Shown here: piece by piece, positions 39,901 to 48,306 of the stretch
How positions within the stretch are numbered: the stretch's first letter is position 1
Layout of the letters: each line of letters begins with the position of its first letter
DNA from: a bacterium
Lineage (GTDB): Bacteria > Zhuqueibacterota > Zhuqueibacteria > Residuimicrobiales > Krinioviventaceae
DNA: 64,000 nt
NCBI GenBank assembly: GCA_963675755.2
Contig: CAXXMD010000002.1
Location: forward strand, 608,001 to 672,000
Direction: 5' to 3'
Position numbers and translations under genes: made by a program
Notes under the pieces: model-generated
Told to the model about the DNA's origin: nothing
Database searches by the model: none
Seen by the model: the letters and a program-made list of their open reading frames with translations, nothing else

Positions 39901-40271
39901 CCATTTTCCTAATCCTGGGAGCATTGGGACTCTTGTTGGGAAGCATAGGTTTGGGTATTGTCATTTTAAGAAATATTCTTGAAAGAAGAGCCGAACTCGC
40001 ATTGTTTACTGCTTTGGGATTTACGCTTGACAAGATTAAAAAACTTGTAATCATAGAACATGTAATTCTCTTGATATCCGGTTTAATAATAGGTACATTC
40101 TCGGCTTTGTTTGCCATGATGCCTGTATTCTTTACACCCGGTTCACAGGTACCATACCTCACAGTTATTTTAATAGTACTTGCTTTACCGTTACTGGGTA
40201 CGTTGTGGATATATCTTTTCACCCAACGTGAATTATTAAAACCACTTTTACCCGCGTTAAAAAATGATTAA
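36978..40271 (+). CDS. Large FtsX/MacB-type ABC permease with two repeats and large periplasmic domains
   Basis: Two FtsX-like TM blocks (EQRKGETGLYLALGY; ERRAELALFTALGF), each preceded by a periplasmic domain. Ends LLPALKND. Confidence 0.88.
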   Translation: MNFFKLIVNNFKYFLHSQHIPMALGTMITSGVLIGALIVGDSVKESLVNITYNRLGNVTHAIDSGDRYFRYQLADEIENELEIPIAPVLKLNGFAIKDGGEQRVNQAQILGIDKRFWNLAPNYPNFSEPAQNTVLINEKLANQLDLHIDDEFLLRVKSIDYFPVDAPFALDIQHTASIRVKVAGIVSDNQLGRFNLQANQTSPFNIFVNYNQLATLVDIPDKCNTLLFNLNLRNSISFNELSGSLKFNFNFADASLSLSRDSGSKEVILKSDRIFLEPVIGDLLEQSGLENQQYFTYFVNALKTSTHSTPYSFVSSLDTDASIKIKNDEIVINSWLARDLNVSKGDSLTLDYFIVGTNRDLILESSVFKIHSIIGMPQAQRALKLLPDFPGLTESENCRDWDPGIPIDLDMIRDKDEVYWDEYHGTPKAFINLDKAQELWGNRFGNMTAVKFTNDKYTLSLIENKILDKSTPSLFGINIKPVLDEGLAASKNGVDFGELFLSLSFFIIAASLILTGLLYVFSLEQRKGETGLYLALGYRPIQIKLLFFFEFFITAVIGVLLGSGVGILYDLFILKALGSIWIGAVGTSDLILFLKPATILNGIGISLLLVVISIFIELKRQTIVPATRLQRRGQPYKISKLNPKIILYLSAALFVGVIIILFSSDPGRGKQAYGAFFGGGSMLLLMGHLLFYYFITQKGKSPNSHVQSIFKLAFSNTGRTRSKSIAITAILAIGVFLVITVGANRHGTLVHSDLRSSGTGGFEYWFTTTSPVLQDLNSIDGKDYIGIDTRNDSVLFLTMRHNIIDDASCLNLNMVKNPSIIGINANVLDSLQAFTFIKTLDRQHKTNPWLTLNKRYGDNIIPAVADETVLVWGLGKAVGDTLYYTSENGQELKVLIVGSLAGSVFQGNILISEDNFVSNYPSIGGYRIFLADIPVSLTKQFELNVPRLLMDHGIEWMPAYERLAQFHTIENTYLSIFLILGALGLLLGSIGLGIVILRNILERRAELALFTALGFTLDKIKKLVIIEHVILLISGLIIGTFSALFAMMPVFFTPGSQVPYLTVILIVLALPLLGTLWIYLFTQRELLKPLLPALKND

Positions 40272-40347
40272 TATCTATATCATTTCACTGGTTTCTGTTT
40301 ATTGTATTTAGTAAATTATCACGCTAAATTTTAATGAACAGGATTAT

Positions 40348-41826
40348 ATGAGTACTTTGCAGGAACAGCAAAACAAATCACAATCCCTTTTGTCCAAAAA
40401 GGGTTTTATCAAAGATACCTTGAAATTAGGCTCAGGAACCGCATTGGGGCAAGTTATTTTGATCCTGTCCATGCCGGTATTGTCCCGCATATATACCCCG
40501 GAGCATTTTGGAATTACTTCTTTATTTCTGGCATTTGTATTAATTCTTTCACGTGTTTCCGGTTTAAGATATGAAATTGCTATCATGTTACCTAAACAGC
40601 AATCCCATGCCAGGATTTTGTTTGTTCTTGTAACCTTTATTACTCTAGTGTTCAGTTTTATAACCGGTTCAGTTTTATGGTTATTCAGGCTACCCATTTC
40701 AGAAGTTTTAAAATCACCACAACTTGCAGATTATATGCTACTTACCGGTCCCGCAATTTTAATTTATGGCATGGTTAACGCCTTTAATTACTGGAATACG
40801 CGTCAAAAACGCTATAAAACATTGGCTGCAGGAAGAATGAGTAATAATGCTGCTTCTACTGTATATCAATTAGCAGGTGGATTTGCCGGGTTTGCATCTT
40901 CCGGTACGTTAATAACAGGTCTTGTATTAGGCAAAATAATTGAATTGATATTGATTTCCGTTAAAGCCATCCCATATTTATTCACATCGTTACCAACCAG
41001 GCTCTATAAAAAAATAGTTGTTCTCGCAAAACGTTATAAAAAATTTCCACAGTTTAATATATGGTCCATTTTAGTAAATAACATTTCCTGGTATGTACCA
41101 TCATTCATGTTGGCAATCTTTTTTTCACCCAAAATAGTTGGCTGGTATGCAATTGGAGAAAGGACTATTCGCGCCCCAATGAACTTTATTGGCCTTGCCA
41201 TTTCACAGGTCTTTTTTCAAAGAGGCTCAGAAGCCAACCGTATGAACAACCTGGACAAGCTTTTCCGTGATACCGTAGGTATGCTTGCACGAATAGGTTT
41301 GTTACCCACAATAATCATTACCTTGTTGGGCAAAGACCTTTTTATTTTGTTATTGGGTGCTGAATGGGCAGAAGCTGGCGTATATGTACAGCTGTTGGGC
41401 TTGTGGGCATTTATTTGGTTCATTGCGTCACCGGTTTCTCCAATAATCAGTATTATAGAAAAACAGGAGATGGGACTCTTGTTTAATTCAATAATTCTGA
41501 TTTCACGTCTGTTTGCCTTGGTAATTGGAGGTATTTTAAAAAGCCCCATAATTGCAATTGCATTATTGGGTGTGAGCGGTATTCTTTCATATTGCGCATT
41601 ATTATTCTGGATTGGTAAAAGTGTAAACGTATCCATTACAGAAACATTAGGGCTTTTGTTCAAAAATAATATACTCTGGAGTTTATTTACAACAATATGT
41701 GTTTTATTGTTCAAATATTTTCATTTGTCAATTTATTTGATTATCTTTTTTACTGTTATTGTTCTTGCTATATATTATTTTAAACTCTTGCAAAAAAATA
41801 AAAAAATATTCTACGCAAAATCATAA
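40348..41826 (+). CDS. Wzx-type oligosaccharide flippase (MOP superfamily)
   Basis: LGSGTALGQ...PVLSRIYTPEHFG, LRYEIAIMLP, YKKFPQF, VGWYAIG, LLGAEWAEAG. Many TMs. Confidence 0.85.
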   Translation: MSTLQEQQNKSQSLLSKKGFIKDTLKLGSGTALGQVILILSMPVLSRIYTPEHFGITSLFLAFVLILSRVSGLRYEIAIMLPKQQSHARILFVLVTFITLVFSFITGSVLWLFRLPISEVLKSPQLADYMLLTGPAILIYGMVNAFNYWNTRQKRYKTLAAGRMSNNAASTVYQLAGGFAGFASSGTLITGLVLGKIIELILISVKAIPYLFTSLPTRLYKKIVVLAKRYKKFPQFNIWSILVNNISWYVPSFMLAIFFSPKIVGWYAIGERTIRAPMNFIGLAISQVFFQRGSEANRMNNLDKLFRDTVGMLARIGLLPTIIITLLGKDLFILLLGAEWAEAGVYVQLLGLWAFIWFIASPVSPIISIIEKQEMGLLFNSIILISRLFALVIGGILKSPIIAIALLGVSGILSYCALLFWIGKSVNVSITETLGLLFKNNILWSLFTTICVLLFKYFHLSIYLIIFFTVIVLAIYYFKLLQKNKKIFYAKS

Positions 41827-41830
41827 ACTT

Positions 41831-42790
41831 ATGACCAGAAAACCTTTATCTTTTAAAATTATTCGAGCATTCTGGATTTTATCTGAAATCTGTTTGATTC
41901 CAGTAGAAAAACTTTTATGGTTTGTCAATAAATCTCCTATTAACAAGACTGCTTTTAATCCCATATTTATTGTGGGTGCACCCAGATCCGGAACCACATT
42001 ATTATCCCAGGTATTTTTACAATATTTTAATGTCGCATATTTTAACAATATAACCGCCAATTTCCCCAAAACTCCGGTAGCTGCCACCTGGTTTTTCAAA
42101 AGAATGTTTGACAAAATACCCCAATCTGAATATACTTCTAATTTTGGTAAAACATCTGGCAAGTATGGGGCACATGAAGCAGCAGAGTTCTGGTATAGAT
42201 GGTTTCCGCGTGGTGAGGGAATTTATACTCCTGCCGGTGATCTATCCGAAAAACAAAGGAACGAATTGGCCGTAACAATTCAATACATGGCTGCAACAGC
42301 AGGCAAGCCTTTTGCGTTTAAAAACACATACAACGCAATGCGACTGGGAGCTATTCTTGAAGCCATTCCCAACGCAATTATTCTAGTTTGTCATCGGGAT
42401 CCTGTGGATAATGCCCAATCCATTCTAAATGCGAGAATCAAGAATTTTCAATCCAAAGCAACCTGGTGGTCTGTGCCTCCAAAAGAGATAGACCAAATCC
42501 GTAATCTGAACTACAATCAACAGGTCGTTGATCAGGTTTATTATATTGAAGAACAGATAAAGCGTGATGAAAATGATCGTTTTGTCCATGTAAATTACCA
42601 GGAATTATGCCAGGAACCGCAAAAAACGCTGGATACAATAGCTGAAAAAATTGAAACAAAAGGATTAAATTTATCAATCCGGAATCCAAACCTGCCGGAA
42701 TCATTCCAATTATCAACTGGATGCAAAGTGGATCCGGATGATTATGAACAAATCCAGGCACATGTAAACGAGTTGTGGGGTGAAAAGTGA
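41831..42790 (+). CDS. Sulfotransferase (PAPS-dependent, P-loop type)
   Basis: PIFIVGAPRSGTTLL (5'-PSB loop), HRDPVDNAQS (3'-PB motif), VNYQELCQEP. Start moved to ATG 41831. Confidence 0.85.
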   Translation: MTRKPLSFKIIRAFWILSEICLIPVEKLLWFVNKSPINKTAFNPIFIVGAPRSGTTLLSQVFLQYFNVAYFNNITANFPKTPVAATWFFKRMFDKIPQSEYTSNFGKTSGKYGAHEAAEFWYRWFPRGEGIYTPAGDLSEKQRNELAVTIQYMAATAGKPFAFKNTYNAMRLGAILEAIPNAIILVCHRDPVDNAQSILNARIKNFQSKATWWSVPPKEIDQIRNLNYNQQVVDQVYYIEEQIKRDENDRFVHVNYQELCQEPQKTLDTIAEKIETKGLNLSIRNPNLPESFQLSTGCKVDPDDYEQIQAHVNELWGEK

Positions 42791-43698
42791 TTATTGAAAA
42801 ACCGGGAACCATTTTTATGCAACCCTGGTGGCTGGATGCTGTAGCCCCCGGTCAATGGAGCGAGATCAGCATTTCCAACAATGATGAGATTGTTGCACGC
42901 ATACCTTATTGCATTGTGAAAAAATGGGGATTAAAATTTATTACAATGCCGGAATTGACCCAACATTTAGGACCATGGATTCAAAAAAGTGAATCTGAAA
43001 AAAATTATACCCGACTGTCATCTGAATATCAACTGGTTCATGATTTAATCAATAAATTACCTAAATTTCATTACTTTACCCAACGGTTTTCAACGCATTA
43101 TACAAACTGGCTGCCTTTTTATTGGAAGGGTTTTCAGCAAACTACCTATTATTCATATTCTATTGATAATATATCAGATCCACAGGTTATATGGAAGACT
43201 TTGCATGAGACTGCCAGACGGCAGGTGCGTAAAGCTGAAAAACAGCTTGAGGTGCAGGATTGTGATATTGAATCCTTTTACAACATCAATACAATGACAT
43301 TTACTCGTCAGGGACTCAAGAATCCTCACTCTTTTCAAAAGATTGAAAACCTGTACAATGCATGTTCAAAAAGAGACGCATGTAAAATATTCAAAGCAGT
43401 CGACGAGTCAAACCACATTCATGCGGTATTATTTCTGGTCTGGGATGATGAACGGGCATATTATTTACTGGGAGGGGCTGACCCGGAATTACGTAAAAGT
43501 GGCGCTTCAAGTTTACTCATGTGGAATGCGATTCAATTTGCATCTACAAAAGTCAGCATCTTTGACTTTGAAGGATCCATGATTCCCGGTATTGAAAAGT
43601 TTTTCAGAACTTTTGGGGCTACACCCAAGCCATATTTCAAGATTACCAAAGTTAATCATCCCATGCTTCGAATTGTAAAAAATCTGATAGCTAAATAA
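42787..43698 (+). CDS. GNAT/FemAB-like acyltransferase domain protein
   Basis: IFMQPWWLDAV, RRQVRKAEK, RAYYLLGG, SGASSLLMW, FDFEGSMIPGIEKFFRTFGA. Confidence 0.8.
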   Translation: MIIEKPGTIFMQPWWLDAVAPGQWSEISISNNDEIVARIPYCIVKKWGLKFITMPELTQHLGPWIQKSESEKNYTRLSSEYQLVHDLINKLPKFHYFTQRFSTHYTNWLPFYWKGFQQTTYYSYSIDNISDPQVIWKTLHETARRQVRKAEKQLEVQDCDIESFYNINTMTFTRQGLKNPHSFQKIENLYNACSKRDACKIFKAVDESNHIHAVLFLVWDDERAYYLLGGADPELRKSGASSLLMWNAIQFASTKVSIFDFEGSMIPGIEKFFRTFGATPKPYFKITKVNHPMLRIVKNLIAK

Positions 43699-43711
43699 CA
43701 AGAGATTACTC

Positions 43712-45121
43712 ATGAACCAATCCATAACTTTTGTTTACGAGAATTCACGATTTGATGCAGAAATCATATATGCTGCACAACTCTTGTTTGACCCCTTTGA
43801 TGTATCTCTTGAATTTTTACCTCTTGCTCAATTGTCATCAGAACAGAATATAACTGTTTTCTATGGCAGTGAATCCAATTATTCTTCTATTTCACCCAAA
43901 TTATTCATACAAGAATCTGATTTTTTTACTCAACATTATCCAAACCGTACTATTCCGGAGATTAAGCCAAACCGCGATCCCAACAGTTTGGTGCTTTTTT
44001 CACCGGATGATTTGGTAATGAATAAAAAAAGTAATACAATCTTTGTAAATCAGGATATTATTGCTTCTACATTTTTCTGGGCCAGCAGATATGAAGAATT
44101 ATGCGCATTGGACAAAGATTCTCATAACAGGTTTACCGCCAATCAATCCATCGCTTTGCAAAATAATGTTTTACCAATACCCATTATTGATAATTATGCA
44201 GAGATGATCAAAACCTGGTTGCAGTTATCCGGTATCAAACTGTTTCCAAAATCCCGATACAAAGATTATGACTTTATTATTTGTCCTACCCATGACATAG
44301 ATACACTGACCAAAGGAAGATACGAAGCAATATACCATGAACTCAGGCAATTAAAATCAAATCCTGCAAAGTCACTCAGGAATTTGTTATATCTGACTGC
44401 CACGCTTTTTAATCGTGATATCTATTGGAATTTTCAACAGATTCTTGATATTGAGAAAGAGCTCAATGCCACTTCAACATTTTATTTTTTACCTAAAACA
44501 GAGTACAAGGTTGATGCGGATTATGACTTTAACAATAAAGCATTTCAGCATGTGTTTAAATCAATACTTGAAGATAAAAGCGAAATCGGATTGCATGCAA
44601 GTTATAATTCGTTATATGAAAACAATGCAATTTTAGATCAAAAACAAAGGTTGGAAGAGGCTGCGCAAATTCAATTAAAAAGTATCCGCCATCACTTTTT
44701 GCGTATTGATATTGAATCCGTTTGGGACGTTCACGCTAACAGCGGCTTTGAGATTGACACTTCACTAGGTTTTGCAGAGTATCCCGGATTTAGATCAGGA
44801 CTGGCAAGACCGTTTCAACCCTTTGATTTCAAGAGCCGCTCTAAATACAATATATTGGAAATTCCATTAATTATTATGGATGGAACATTCAGCCATTACT
44901 TGAATCAATCCCCGGAAACTGCCTGGGAACATATTCTACCCATACTTGAACAGGTTAAAAAACATAGAGGTGTTGCATCAGTATTGTGGCACAATACATT
45001 GTTTACCAAATACAAATACCCGGGATTTAAAGAGTTGTTTGAACAGATATTAACATGGGTTAATGCTAATAATGGTAAATGCTTGTCCATTAAGGAAGCT
45101 GCTGATATCTGGAATTCATGA
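43712..45121 (+). CDS. Polysaccharide deacetylase-family protein
   Basis: DIIASTFFWASRYEE, PTHDID, EIGLHASY, IRHHFLR, DTSLGF, GFRSG, EIPLIIMD, VLWHN. Confidence 0.8.
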   Translation: MNQSITFVYENSRFDAEIIYAAQLLFDPFDVSLEFLPLAQLSSEQNITVFYGSESNYSSISPKLFIQESDFFTQHYPNRTIPEIKPNRDPNSLVLFSPDDLVMNKKSNTIFVNQDIIASTFFWASRYEELCALDKDSHNRFTANQSIALQNNVLPIPIIDNYAEMIKTWLQLSGIKLFPKSRYKDYDFIICPTHDIDTLTKGRYEAIYHELRQLKSNPAKSLRNLLYLTATLFNRDIYWNFQQILDIEKELNATSTFYFLPKTEYKVDADYDFNNKAFQHVFKSILEDKSEIGLHASYNSLYENNAILDQKQRLEEAAQIQLKSIRHHFLRIDIESVWDVHANSGFEIDTSLGFAEYPGFRSGLARPFQPFDFKSRSKYNILEIPLIIMDGTFSHYLNQSPETAWEHILPILEQVKKHRGVASVLWHNTLFTKYKYPGFKELFEQILTWVNANNGKCLSIKEAADIWNS

Positions 45122-45150
45122 TAATTTAAATTCATCTCTACAATTTCTAC

Positions 45151-45178
45151 TTGCTTTTTAATCCATAACCCCTATATT
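45151..45178 (+). promoter_or_regulatory. Putative sigma70 promoter for comM
   Basis: TTGCTT, 16 bp spacer, TATATT. Confidence 0.4.
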
Positions 45179-45230
45179 AGTATACATTTCACGGGAAGTA
45201 TCTAAACTATTCATTTGAAATTTCTTTATT

Positions 45231-46769
45231 ATGCTCTCACAAATACTGGGTAGTGCTGTATTGGGCATTAATGCCTATATTGTCAAAGTGGAAGTGAATT
45301 TAGAGCGGGGACAACCCAAGTTTTTCATGGCAGGTTTGCCAGATGGCGCAGTACGTGAAGCACATTATCGTGTTTTTGCGGCTGTCAAAAATTCGGGGTA
45401 TCGGTTTCCTGTAAACATCATCACCGTTAATCTTGCTCCGGCCGATATAAAAAAGGAGGGATCCGCCTTTGATCTCCCCATAGCTATTGGCATATTGTCC
45501 GCTGCAGGCATGATTAACGATGACAAATTAAAGGACTATGTAATCCTTGGCGAACTCAGCCTTGATGGTACTTTGCGTCCCATTAAAGGAACACTTTCCA
45601 TTGCTACAGAAGTGGTTCGAAACAAGATTAAGGGGATAATAGTACCCGAAACCAATGCAAAAGAAGCAGCAATGGCCAGAGATCTGGATGTAATACCTGT
45701 TAAATCTCTGAACGACACGATAAATTTTTTGAATGGCGATGAAGAAATTCAACCTTTTCGTGTAAATATGGAGCAGATATTTACCCAACAGCGTAATTAC
45801 ATTCATGATTTTTTGGATGTTAAAGGGCAGGAGCATGTAAAGCGCGCCCTTGAAGTTGCTGCTGCAGGCGGTCATAATATAATTATGATTGGACCTCCTG
45901 GTTCAGGTAAAACCATGTTATCAAAGCGCATACCGACAATACTGCCGGATATGACTTTGGGGGAATCTCTTGCCACTACAAAAATTTATTCTGTTGCGGG
46001 CTTGTTACCTGATAATAAAGCGCTGGTAGCTACGCGTCCATTTCGTTCTCCGCACCATACTATTAGCGATGCCGGGCTAATTGGAGGTGGTAATATCCCA
46101 AGACCCGGAGAGGTGAGTCTTGCACATCACGGTGTTTTGTTTCTTGACGAGTTACCTGAATTCAAAAAAAATGTACTTGAAGTGATGCGTCAACCTCTTG
46201 AGGATGGCAAGGTTACCATTTCACGAGCTGCCTTGTCACTGACTTATCCGGCAGAGTTTATGCTTGCCGCTGCCATGAATCCGTGTCCGTGTGGATATTA
46301 TACGGATCCAAACAAGGATTGTACCTGTACAATCCCGCAAATTCAACGATATCTTTCACGAATATCGGGGCCGTTATTGGACAGGATCGATATCCATATT
46401 GAAGTTCCTGCAGTCAAATACAAAGAGTTAAGCAGCAGGGAATCCGGCGAATCATCAACACAAATAAGAAATCGTGTTCTTCGGGCCAGAAAAATTCAAC
46501 TGGAACGCTTCAAAGAACAAAAACATCTGTTCTGTAACGCAAGAATGAACTCGAGAGAAATACGCAAGTATTGCGAGTTGGATGTTCAGGGCAACAACTT
46601 GTTGAAAATGGCAATAACAAAACTTGGATTGTCTGCAAGAGCCTATGACAGAATTCTCAAAGTATCTCGAACCATTGCAGACTTGGAAGGTTCACACATG
46701 ATCAAACCTGAATTTGTCAGTGAAGCCATTCAATACCGGAGTTTGGACAGGATAGGGGTGTTCAAGTAA
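45231..46769 (+). CDS. comM: YifB/ComM family Mg-chelatase-like AAA+ ATPase
   Basis: [82 protein letters not shown]. Confidence 0.93.
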   Translation: MLSQILGSAVLGINAYIVKVEVNLERGQPKFFMAGLPDGAVREAHYRVFAAVKNSGYRFPVNIITVNLAPADIKKEGSAFDLPIAIGILSAAGMINDDKLKDYVILGELSLDGTLRPIKGTLSIATEVVRNKIKGIIVPETNAKEAAMARDLDVIPVKSLNDTINFLNGDEEIQPFRVNMEQIFTQQRNYIHDFLDVKGQEHVKRALEVAAAGGHNIIMIGPPGSGKTMLSKRIPTILPDMTLGESLATTKIYSVAGLLPDNKALVATRPFRSPHHTISDAGLIGGGNIPRPGEVSLAHHGVLFLDELPEFKKNVLEVMRQPLEDGKVTISRAALSLTYPAEFMLAAAMNPCPCGYYTDPNKDCTCTIPQIQRYLSRISGPLLDRIDIHIEVPAVKYKELSSRESGESSTQIRNRVLRARKIQLERFKEQKHLFCNARMNSREIRKYCELDVQGNNLLKMAITKLGLSARAYDRILKVSRTIADLEGSHMIKPEFVSEAIQYRSLDRIGVFK

Positions 46770-46837
46770 ATATTTATCAATAATAATAAAAAATTCAAGC
46801 TCTTGACGTATTATCTCATAAAATGATTGAAAACATA

Positions 46838-46866
46838 TTGATTTTCTTGCAATATCTCTATATAAT
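46838..46866 (+). promoter_or_regulatory. Sigma70 promoter for the BNR-repeat gene
   Basis: TTGATT (46838-46843), 17 bp spacer, TATAAT (46861-46866). Confidence 0.65.
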
Positions 46867-46895
46867 TCAAAAACAGATAATGCAAAGAGGATAGT

Positions 46896-48200
46896 ATGAA
46901 AAAGAACCCATTTTTTTTGATTTTTGTGATGATTTTTACAAGTGTATCTATTGCATTAGCTGATGTTCAACTGGTTCCTGTTGATAAAGGTTGGGCAAAG
47001 AACTCTATCAATACTGTAATCTTTAGACGTAACTCGGTTGTTTCACATTTGGATAATCAATACGTCGCCTATTATGATGCTGATGGATTTGTTGTACTTG
47101 CCAAACGCAAATTGGGTTCGACCAAATGGGAAATACATAAAACACAGTATACAGGCAACATCAAAGATGCTCACAACTCGATCAGCCTAATAGTTGATGG
47201 CGATGGTTATCTGCATATGTCCTGGGACCATCATAATAACCCTCTAAATTATTGTAAAAGCAAAGAACCCGGTTCTCTCGAACTCACAGAACCCCTATCC
47301 ATGTCAGGGATAAAAGAGGATAAAGTGACGTATCCGGAATTCTATAGATTACCAAATGGAGATTTGCTTTTCCTGTTTCGTGATGGTGCTTCAGGACGGG
47401 GTAACCTAATGATGAATCATTATGATCTAAAATCCAGGACATGGACACAGCGCCAGGATGCTTTCATTAATGGTGAAGGTGAACGAAATGCGTACTGGCA
47501 AATGTGTACGGATCCCCAAGGAGCTATTCACATATCATGGGTTTGGAGAGAAACCGGTGATGTAGCAACTAATCATGATCTTGCTTATGCAAAATCAACA
47601 GACGGTGGAAAGACCTGGCAAAAATCTACTGGTGAATTATATCAGCTTCCCATAACAAAAGCAAATGCAGAATATGCGGCCTTTATACCACAATCAAGTG
47701 AATTGACAAACACTACATCCATGTGTGCAGATTCAAAGGGGAGACCCTATATTGCAACCTATTGGAGATCACAGGATTCAGAGATTCCTCAGTATCATTT
47801 GGTTTTTCATGATGGTAAGCAATGGCAAATACAGCAGATCAGTAAGCGAAAAACTCCATTCAGCCTCAGTGGCCGTGGTGAAAAGCGGGTACCCATTTCA
47901 AGATGTCAGATTTTTGCCGACTCTGATGGACTAACTGACAAAGCATATATGCTGTTTCGTGATATTGAGCGAAAGGATCGTGTATCCATCGCTATTTGTG
48001 AAAACCTTGACAATAGGGAATGGCAAATAAAAGATTTAACAGATTTTGCAGTTGGCATGTGGGAACCCTGTTATGATACAGAATTGTGGAAATGTAACAA
48101 GGTTCTTCATGTATTTCTGCAAAAAGTAGGTCAGGGTGATGGGGGCGCATTGGAAGAAATTCCACCTCAAGAGATCTCGATTTTGGAATGGACCCCCTAA
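46896..48200 (+). CDS. Secreted BNR/Asp-box repeat protein (BNR_4-like; sialidase/lyase-like propeller)
   Basis: Signal peptide, DAHNSISL.VDGDGYLHMSWDHH, TYPEF, RDGASG, AYWQ, WVWRE, TNHD, Asp-box STDGGKTW. Confidence 0.8.
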   Translation: MKKNPFFLIFVMIFTSVSIALADVQLVPVDKGWAKNSINTVIFRRNSVVSHLDNQYVAYYDADGFVVLAKRKLGSTKWEIHKTQYTGNIKDAHNSISLIVDGDGYLHMSWDHHNNPLNYCKSKEPGSLELTEPLSMSGIKEDKVTYPEFYRLPNGDLLFLFRDGASGRGNLMMNHYDLKSRTWTQRQDAFINGEGERNAYWQMCTDPQGAIHISWVWRETGDVATNHDLAYAKSTDGGKTWQKSTGELYQLPITKANAEYAAFIPQSSELTNTTSMCADSKGRPYIATYWRSQDSEIPQYHLVFHDGKQWQIQQISKRKTPFSLSGRGEKRVPISRCQIFADSDGLTDKAYMLFRDIERKDRVSIAICENLDNREWQIKDLTDFAVGMWEPCYDTELWKCNKVLHVFLQKVGQGDGGALEEIPPQEISILEWTP

Positions 48201-48241
48201 ATGCTTACAAAAGACATGTTTCAGAAAACAAGTTCTACTCG

Positions 48242-48263
48242 ACAAGTATGGTATAATACTTGT
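48242..48263 (+). promoter_or_regulatory. Extended -10 element (TGnTATAAT) inside an 8-bp inverted repeat (candidate operator)
   Basis: ACAAGTAT-GGTATA-ATACTTGT, with TG-G-TATAAT at 48249-48257. Confidence 0.45.
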
Positions 48264-48306
48264 ATTGATTTTATAAAAAAACAAAATCCCTAATTAAAGA
48301 ATATTT

